From Candidatus Methanoperedenaceae archaeon (GTDB lineage Archaea; Halobacteriota; Methanosarcinia; Methanosarcinales; Methanoperedenaceae): a stretch of DNA of 64,000 bases. Under the pieces are notes generated by a model. It searched no databases and was not told the DNA's origin. It saw nothing but the letters and a program-made list of their open reading frames with translations. A program made the translations under genes and the position numbers. Positions 57,577 to 64,000 of the stretch are shown piece after piece; positions within the stretch are counted from its first letter, which is position 1, and every line of letters starts with the position of its first letter. The stretch is from the NCBI GenBank assembly GCA_963753595.1, contig CAVWCX010000033.1, forward strand, positions 1-64,000, written 5' to 3'.

Positions 57577-58386
57577 TCAATAACGAAGATAATTTCCTGT
57601 CTTTTTTAAGTATTTTCCAAAAGCCAGACCCGCTACCACTCCGCTTAAGTGTGCGCTTCTTGCTACCATGTCACCGCTTGAGCCTATGAACAAAAGGTCA
57701 AAAAGAGCGAAAAATATCAAAGCATATGTTATCTTCATTCGAATAAAAAAAAACAAACCAACCTCGATATCCGGCGCAATAACAGCAAGACATGCAAATA
57801 TCCCGAACAAGGCGCCGCTTGCACCTACAGCAGAAGTATGATGCCCGATAATATAAATGGACCATAAGGAATAACCCAGAGCTGCTATTACTCCTGAAAT
57901 GAAATAGACATAAAAGAATCTTTTACCCCCTATTCTGCGTTCAAGTTCAGGTCCAAAGAAAAACAGGAACATCATATTGAAAAGGAGATGTACTGGTCCT
58001 GAATGAAGGAACATATGGGTGACAAGTGTCCATGGCCTTGAGAAAATATAATCGGGTGAAAGAGCCAGATAATAAGAATATCCGGGAATAATATACTGCA
58101 GCACAAAAGAAATTAGAGCAATTATAAGAATTGTCAGGGAATAATTACTTTTAATCGCAGATATAATATTATTTAATGAATGGAAGAAAGGATTTGGTTT
58201 TCGTCTAACTACAGAATCCCTCTTATAAAATATCCTGCTATCGCTTGATCTGGATTTATATTCTAAAAGCCCTGGACAATTATGTGATTCAGGGAGCCGG
58301 TGATTATAACAATAGGAATTGCCGCAGAATTTGCATGTGAACGGCATAGGGTCCCTGAAACCGCAAAAATAACATTCTTTTGTCAT
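57577..58386 (-). CDS. Rhomboid intramembrane serine protease with N-terminal AN1 zinc finger
   Basis: CYFC..CKFC...C..HRLPESHNC; HMFLH, HLLFNM, GASGA, AHLSG. Confidence 0.94.
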   Translation of the reverse strand: MTKECYFCGFRDPMPFTCKFCGNSYCYNHRLPESHNCPGLLEYKSRSSDSRIFYKRDSVVRRKPNPFFHSLNNIISAIKSNYSLTILIIALISFVLQYIIPGYSYYLALSPDYIFSRPWTLVTHMFLHSGPVHLLFNMMFLFFFGPELERRIGGKRFFYVYFISGVIAALGYSLWSIYIIGHHTSAVGASGALFGIFACLAVIAPDIEVGLFFFIRMKITYALIFFALFDLLFIGSSGDMVARSAHLSGVVAGLAFGKYLKKTGNYLRY

Positions 58387-58422
58387 AATTATCTATTTTT
58401 TCGACGCTGATCATTCATAATA

Positions 58423-59118
58423 TCACCCAGGGTTATTAATTTGTTTGGATATTACTTCTTTTTCAAATCTTCCCTGGAAGAATACATATACCTCAATTGT
58501 TTTACCTTTCTGGTACTGCCTCATCATCCGGTCATACATCTGCTTGCTGTTTCTCAGATCATTTTCTTTGAAATATCTCTCTATTTCCTTGATAAAACCA
58601 AGTTTTTGCCTGAGAAATCCTGATTCGTAGTCCCTTACGGATTTCAGTATCTCTTCGCACATCTTTTCGCTTATTTCATTGTGATACGATCCGTGCAGAT
58701 CCAGACCGCCTATTTGCCTGAATTCTATATTTCCTTCTTCATCAGGCTCCCTGTGAAGCATATAAGGGTATATTTTGCATATCAAGGGACGGACTTCATA
58801 ATGAAGGCATCTTCCGCCAATATAGAATATGCAATCCCCGTTCGGTTTTGTTTTCAGAGCATAACCCATTACATAAAATCTTCCAAGATTGTCACAGATA
58901 TCAAAATATGGCGCAGGCCTGAGAAATTCCCGCCCGCAGTTTTCGATTATCCTTTGTGCATCATCATCGAGCAGGAAGACATGATCGTTAAATTCACTCG
59001 TACAGCATTTACCGCAGAAATCGCAAACAAATCCCACTTCACGGATTATTTTAAAATAATCTTCATCAGAAAATGAACTGATACTCTCTATTTCTTTTTC
59101 AATATCGACTGCGTTCAT
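58423..59118 (-). CDS. YkgJ family cysteine-cluster protein
   Basis: FVCDFCGKCC, CIFY...C..Y..RPLICKIYPY. Confidence 0.87.
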   Translation of the reverse strand: MNAVDIEKEIESISSFSDEDYFKIIREVGFVCDFCGKCCTSEFNDHVFLLDDDAQRIIENCGREFLRPAPYFDICDNLGRFYVMGYALKTKPNGDCIFYIGGRCLHYEVRPLICKIYPYMLHREPDEEGNIEFRQIGGLDLHGSYHNEISEKMCEEILKSVRDYESGFLRQKLGFIKEIERYFKENDLRNSKQMYDRMMRQYQKGKTIEVYVFFQGRFEKEVISKQINNPG

Positions 59119-59269
59119 TATTGATTTAATCAACTCTTCATGATAAATAGTTATAACATATAAAATAATGATGAAAAAAATGATAAGTTATATAAAGCAT
59201 TGCGTTAAAAGTAACTTGTCAAAAACGGGATTAAGTGAAGGATAGATCGATTATGAGAGGTATCATTGA

Positions 59270-60223
59270 ATGTCTCTAAGCAAAAAAAAATATTCACTAT
59301 TTAAAAATAAATACCTATTGATTTTAGCGATTCTGTTATCGTTATTTATCGGTGTAGCTACTGCCCAGGAAGATGTTTCATGTTATCATTGCCACACTAA
59401 AGTGGTGACTGAATTCAGGAACAATATTCATTATGATAAAGGCTTTAACTGCGCAAGTTGCCATGGTGGAACAGAAAAATCCAATTCCAGTTTGATCTCC
59501 AATTCTGTAATGTCAGGAGATTTTGTGGGCAGGCCAACAAGAAATCATATAACAGACATTTGCTCTAAATGTCATATAAAGGAAACTGAAGATTATAAGA
59601 CAAGCATTCACTGGGATGCGATCCAAAAAGGCCATCCTGAGGCTGCAACATGCACGGATTGCCATGGGATACATGAGATCCGCGCAATAAAAGATCCCAA
59701 TTCATCATCTAATCATCAAAACAGTCCTGCTACATGCGCCAGGTGCCATTCAAACAAGGAAATGATGAGCGCATGGTATTACGGTATTAAGGCAGACCGA
59801 TTCGATACTTATAAAGAATCATTCCATTGGAGGGCGCTTGATAAAGGCTATACCCTGGTCGCTACATGTGCTGATTGCCATGAAAATCATAAAACAAAAT
59901 CACATAAGGATCCTGCTTCCAGCACATATACTGAAAATCTCCCAAAGACTTGTGGAAAAGCAAACTGCCATGAAGGTGTGAATTTTGATGCTAATGTGGC
60001 AACAGGGCTTGTCCATGACAAAGAATCTTTGCATACTGGCGAGCTGAAGTGGAATAAAACAGGCATGGAACCTCAGATGAAGGAATATTTCCTGGGTCCA
60101 TTTGATCTTGCATACTGGATAGCAATATTTTTCAAGATATTGACAACTACCGTAATAGGTTTCTTTACAGGAATGGTCATTCTTGATTTCCTTTCTAGAC
60201 TCAGGATCCAGAGGAGATTTTAG
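59270..60223 (+). CDS. Membrane-anchored multiheme cytochrome c (6 CxxCH + 1 CX4CH)
   Basis: Signal peptide; CYHCH, CASCH, CSKCH, CTDCH, CARCH, CADCH, CGKANCH; C-terminal TM helix. Confidence 0.93.
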   Translation: MSLSKKKYSLFKNKYLLILAILLSLFIGVATAQEDVSCYHCHTKVVTEFRNNIHYDKGFNCASCHGGTEKSNSSLISNSVMSGDFVGRPTRNHITDICSKCHIKETEDYKTSIHWDAIQKGHPEAATCTDCHGIHEIRAIKDPNSSSNHQNSPATCARCHSNKEMMSAWYYGIKADRFDTYKESFHWRALDKGYTLVATCADCHENHKTKSHKDPASSTYTENLPKTCGKANCHEGVNFDANVATGLVHDKESLHTGELKWNKTGMEPQMKEYFLGPFDLAYWIAIFFKILTTTVIGFFTGMVILDFLSRLRIQRRF

Positions 60224-60283
60224 AATATGTCCAGGCAAAAATTAATTGAAGTTACAGATTCCAAAAAAAAAGGAGATAGAAAT

Positions 60284-60985
60284 ATGGGTGAAATTTTTTT
60301 TAAAAGGTTTACTTTCAATCAACTCGCACAACATTGGATAATGATCGGGACGTTCATGCTTTTAGTAATAAGCGGGATGCCCCTGAAATTCCCTGATGCG
60401 TGGTGGTCTCCGGTAATTATCAATCTACTTGGGGGATTTTCAATGAGGACACAGATACATCATGCTGCAGGTATAGGGATGGTTGTCCTTGGGGTATATC
60501 ACGTCGTGTATCATGTTTTTGTTGACAAGGAATCATTGCTTGATAGAAAAGTATGGCCGACTATAAAGGATGCAAAGGATTTCTGGCAGACAATAATGTT
60601 CTACTTTGGAAAAGCCCCGGCGCCTAAATATGGAAGATATAGCTGGAAGGAGAAATTTGATTACTGGGGCGCATTCTGGGGAATGGTGATGCTTTGCGTA
60701 ACCGGGTTAATAATGTTATACCCATTCAAGGCTATGGAGGTAATTCCTTATGCTTATGTGCATCTTTCCACTATCGTCCATACAGATGAGGCATTACTGG
60801 CTACTCTGTTCATCTTTATTGTCCATTGGTGGAATGTTCATTACAGCCCTGAAGTATTCCCCATGTCAAAAGCATGGCTTACAGGCAACCTTTCAGAGGA
60901 ACAGATGAAACATGAGCATACTCTTGAGTACGAAGAGGCCATGAGACAAATGAATGAAAAAGGCGAGAGCTCTTTTTCCAAATAA
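60284..60985 (+). CDS. Di-heme cytochrome b (FdnI/HydC-like, CbcL b-domain type)
   Basis: RFT..Q..QHW, SGMPLKF, IHH.AG, YSWKEKFDYWGAFWG, VHTDEALLA, VHWWNVH; alternative start at 60227. Confidence 0.9.
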   Translation: MGEIFFKRFTFNQLAQHWIMIGTFMLLVISGMPLKFPDAWWSPVIINLLGGFSMRTQIHHAAGIGMVVLGVYHVVYHVFVDKESLLDRKVWPTIKDAKDFWQTIMFYFGKAPAPKYGRYSWKEKFDYWGAFWGMVMLCVTGLIMLYPFKAMEVIPYAYVHLSTIVHTDEALLATLFIFIVHWWNVHYSPEVFPMSKAWLTGNLSEEQMKHEHTLEYEEAMRQMNEKGESSFSK

Positions 60986-60999
60986 TTTGTATTAATATT

Positions 61000-61033
61000 T
61001 GCCAGCCGGGCTGGCAGATAGTTTTCTTTTTTT
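61000..61033 (+). terminator. Hairpin plus T-tract terminator after cytochrome b
   Basis: TGCCAGCC-G-GGCTGGCA followed by TTTTCTTTTTT. Confidence 0.6.
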
Positions 61034-61396
61034 AATGGTTATCAATTAATTTGCTTTCATCGGTTCCCCAATGCAATTCAGGTATGGTTTATTCATCAAA
61101 GTTGTGAAGCGTGAGGACACACACTAAATGTCCATCAAAGCTCCATGTAAAGAATCGTCAAATGAGAGGATATGGTTATGAGACAGCAATTGGTGCAAAG
61201 AATAATTAGATGCTGCAAAACACTTCGGATTCTTCCCACACTCACATAAATCCATATAATTTATACGATCAGGCTCAGCTCATGATTATGGGCAACTTTA
61301 CCAAATGTTCGATTTCCAGAATACTTGAAATTAATAAAAAGAGAGAAAGTCATACCATGGGATTTTTTTCTCTATGATATGACATTCATTAACTAG

Positions 61397-62491
61397 TTAT
61401 TTTGTTGTTTTGATTGCCTTTCCTGTGGCATGGCAGTCCGAACAGAATTTCGGCTGGTGACAATCGCTGCAGACTTTACCTATTAGAACCTGTGACTTAT
61501 GAGTATTCAACCAATCGGCTGGATGGTCGCTCTTATGACAATTGGCACATAGGTTTTCCTTTATCCTGGGTGCATGTTGTACATCAGAATGACAGTTATA
61601 ACAGGCGATCTTATTATTTGTTACATGATTTGTATGTACAAAATTGAAATCGTCATATTTCTCTATCCTTTCCGATTTATAATGGCACGAATTGCATTTG
61701 TCTTTAGGAACAATGTCATTTGCACCCTTTGATATATCTGTATGGCATGTAAGGCAATCCCCTCCGCGGTTAAGATGGCTTGTATGATCAAAGTTTGTAT
61801 AATTCCTGGGCGTTTCTTTTGGAGGACCGTGGCATGATGGACACCCCGAAATAGAATTATTTTCAGGAACATCCCTGAAATGGCAGGTAAAACAGGTTGA
61901 AGTTGTAACTACGATATGCCCTTTTTCCTTCTGTTCCATATTTGGATGACATTGGACACATGTTGGATCTGATACAGATTGATGTTCTTTCATTCCAATA
62001 ACAAGCATTGAATGACAGCTTGTACACGTTAGACCTATACCTCTGTTTTGTTTTAACAAATGGTTCTTATGACTGAAGTTTACTCCTGTGAATGGAACAT
62101 CCGTTGAAAAAATACGATCTTGATGACATATAAGGCAGTTTTTATCCATGACCTTAGCATATAAATTGCCAGAATATTCCTCAACGGTTGTCTCATAACT
62201 ATAAAATTGCATAAGACCATTTATTTTCCCTTTTATATGACCTATTACACCCGGTTCATAATGACATTCTACACATTTTACTGTTGTGTGTGATGAGGAT
62301 CTCCATGAATCATAATATGGTCTCATTATATGGCAATTCTTACCGCAAAAAGCCGGATTTTCAGTGATCTCTAACATTTTCACTGAAATTACCAAAGTAA
62401 TCGAAAGCAAGACGATCAATACAATGATAATAGGAAGTTTATATTTGGAAATCCTGTGCTTAATAACATCTATAAGTGATATTTTATCCAT
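61397..62491 (-). CDS. NapC/NirT-type membrane-anchored multiheme cytochrome c (12 CxxCH + 1 CX3CH)
   Basis: N-terminal TM, FCGKNCHIM.PYY.SW..SSH..V.CVECH, KING, then further heme motifs. Confidence 0.93.
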   Translation of the reverse strand: MDKISLIDVIKHRISKYKLPIIIVLIVLLSITLVISVKMLEITENPAFCGKNCHIMRPYYDSWRSSSHTTVKCVECHYEPGVIGHIKGKINGLMQFYSYETTVEEYSGNLYAKVMDKNCLICHQDRIFSTDVPFTGVNFSHKNHLLKQNRGIGLTCTSCHSMLVIGMKEHQSVSDPTCVQCHPNMEQKEKGHIVVTTSTCFTCHFRDVPENNSISGCPSCHGPPKETPRNYTNFDHTSHLNRGGDCLTCHTDISKGANDIVPKDKCNSCHYKSERIEKYDDFNFVHTNHVTNNKIACYNCHSDVQHAPRIKENLCANCHKSDHPADWLNTHKSQVLIGKVCSDCHQPKFCSDCHATGKAIKTTK

Positions 62492-62503
62492 TTGAGAATC
62501 CCC

Positions 62504-63478
62504 TCACTGTTTTTTAATAAGATATAATATAGCGAATATTCCCATGACCGGAACTATTCCTATTCCAGGGACAGAAGGAACTGTTTGTTCAGCTTCAACT
62601 GATTTACCCTGGGCTTTATTGGCCGAATCTATCCCTACCTGGATTTGAGTGTCAAAATCATTTAGATTAAAACTATGCCATAATGATGGGACATCATTCA
62701 TCACTGATATTGCTTTATCAAGGTCATTTTGAGCCGAAGTTACATCTTTTCCTTTTGCCTTTGCTTCAGAGATAGAACTCCTCGCTATCCTGATTTCTTC
62801 CTTTAATTCATCCGCTTTCTCAAGCGCAATTTTTGCATCCCTGGGGACATTCGCAGATGCAATCTGGTCTTTTTGATTATGACAAACACTGCATAGTGTA
62901 GTAATTTCAGATGCCTTCAATACTTTAAAGCTGTGAGGTTGATGACAATTGACACATGATGGAGCACGTTTTTCAGCACTTAATCTTTGATAGTGCATAG
63001 TATTTTTAAAATGCTCTAATTCCGTTGAATGGCATTTTCCACATGTTTCAGGAATATTCTTATAATAAATCGGACTTTCCGGATCAGTAATATTCTTCAT
63101 GGGAGAATGAGCTCCTGCTTCAGTATTTACATCCGGATTGCCGCCATGACATGCATCACAGGTCACATAATAACTTGAATGACCTGAATCAAACCACTGC
63201 TGGAAATTATCAGAAGCTTTTTTCCTTATAATGTCTTCATGACATTCAAGTGAACATGATATATTCCTATCTGTATGATTGGATCTGATGTCGTTGAATC
63301 TTATTTGCTCATCCGTAAAAGGCGATAAACTCTTATGACAATTTATGCACGAATTATTAAAGGCCTCTAAATTGGCCGCACCGGAGGGAGCAACCAGGAA
63401 AAAGAAGGCAATTAATACTAAACAAGCAAATCTAAAACTATACATGTAAGAATTTGGTTTTTTATCTTTTGAAGACAT
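62504..63478 (-). CDS. Secreted multiheme cytochrome c (5 CxxCH + 1 CX3CH) with helical domain and PGF-CTERM-like tail
   Basis: CINCH, CSLECH, CDACH, CGKCH, CVNCH, CSVCH; C-terminus VPGIGIVPVMGIFAILYLIKKQ. Confidence 0.9.
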   Translation of the reverse strand: MSSKDKKPNSYMYSFRFACLVLIAFFFLVAPSGAANLEAFNNSCINCHKSLSPFTDEQIRFNDIRSNHTDRNISCSLECHEDIIRKKASDNFQQWFDSGHSSYYVTCDACHGGNPDVNTEAGAHSPMKNITDPESPIYYKNIPETCGKCHSTELEHFKNTMHYQRLSAEKRAPSCVNCHQPHSFKVLKASEITTLCSVCHNQKDQIASANVPRDAKIALEKADELKEEIRIARSSISEAKAKGKDVTSAQNDLDKAISVMNDVPSLWHSFNLNDFDTQIQVGIDSANKAQGKSVEAEQTVPSVPGIGIVPVMGIFAILYLIKKQ

Positions 63479-63718
63479 TTTTCCTTTTCACCGTTCGTTA
63501 TTTATGATTTAATATACTATATTTTAAATGCCAGAACTATGTACCCGTTTTTTTATTCTGTCTATGATGTGATGATTCCCTACAATAAAAAGTTTGCTAT
63601 TAATTTCACTAATGCATCCGGTATAAAAAATAGGTTTTGTGATATATATTTATAAAAAATATGGGGACACAGAGTTCTTTTTTTATAAGTCTCTGTGCCA
63701 CCTACAGGCTTTAATACT

Positions 63719-64000
63719 TCAGTTATGCTCAGGTGCTTCTTCGTCCATATCTTTCCACGGAGGCAGGATAGAAGTAACAACCAACAGGATAATGAACGGA
63801 AGTATAAATATTATTATTGCAGGTAAAACTCCTTCCTGACTAAAGAAAACAGGAACATAAGTGAGTGTTCCAACCAGACTTTTTGATATTTCCTGGCCTC
63901 CTATCACTACATTCCATCTCATTGCAAATACGCCTATTACGACAAAAATGGATGAAACAGAAATCATTATCAATTTCAGCGTATCTCGGTTCTTGATCAA
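63719..64000 (-). CDS. NrfD/PsrC family membrane quinol-binding subunit (3' part only)
   Basis: GVFAMRWNVVIGGQ.IS motif and final TM helix ending LPPW; runs off the window. Confidence 0.85.
   Translation of the reverse strand: MIKNRDTLKLIMISVSSIFVVIGVFAMRWNVVIGGQEISKSLVGTLTYVPVFFSQEGVLPAIIIFILPFIILLVVTSILPPWKDMDEEAPEHN

Noticed and set aside
61030-61260. Small Cys-containing ORF on the minus strand (MDLCECGKNPKC...) after the NapC-like gene
   Set aside because: About 43 codons, no heme motif and frame uncertain; cannot be supported

Overview
Archaeal chromosomal segment, most likely from a Methanosarcinales anaerobic methanotroph close to Ca. Methanoperedens (ANME-2d). This is inferred from TFB, Gar1, Nop5, archaeal SRP RNA, an intron-containing tRNA-Gly, fae-hps, methanogenesis marker 2, and a cluster of multiheme c-type cytochromes with cytochrome b and NrfD. 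The window holds housekeeping genes, a Ftr1-DtxR-FeoB iron-uptake operon with a perfect operator palindrome, two giant secreted proteins sharing ~97-aa Ig-like repeats (an S8 protease and a beta-helix protein), a multi-PAS histidine kinase, an AT-rich accessory patch and several small MITE/REP-like elements. Many genes between ~24 and 45 kb, including conserved housekeeping ones (ahcY, nop5, leuB/leuD-like, DUF126), carry 1-bp indels. I read these mainly as uncorrected long-read errors, so boundaries of those genes are approximate. Best candidates for something undescribed: (1) three promoter-equipped hairpins at 4355-4777 with different stems but a shared U-run plus C-rich, anti-Shine-Dalgarno-like loop (putative sRNA family, one with a Fur-like box); (2) a beta-helix surface protein whose coils carry highly variable Tyr/Trp/Gly/Cys loops; (3) MITEs of different IS families carrying or nested with 9-10-nt periodic palindromes; (4) AT-rich ORFans delimited by a repeated site. 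No CRISPR array, rRNA, transposase, integrase or reverse transcriptase was found.
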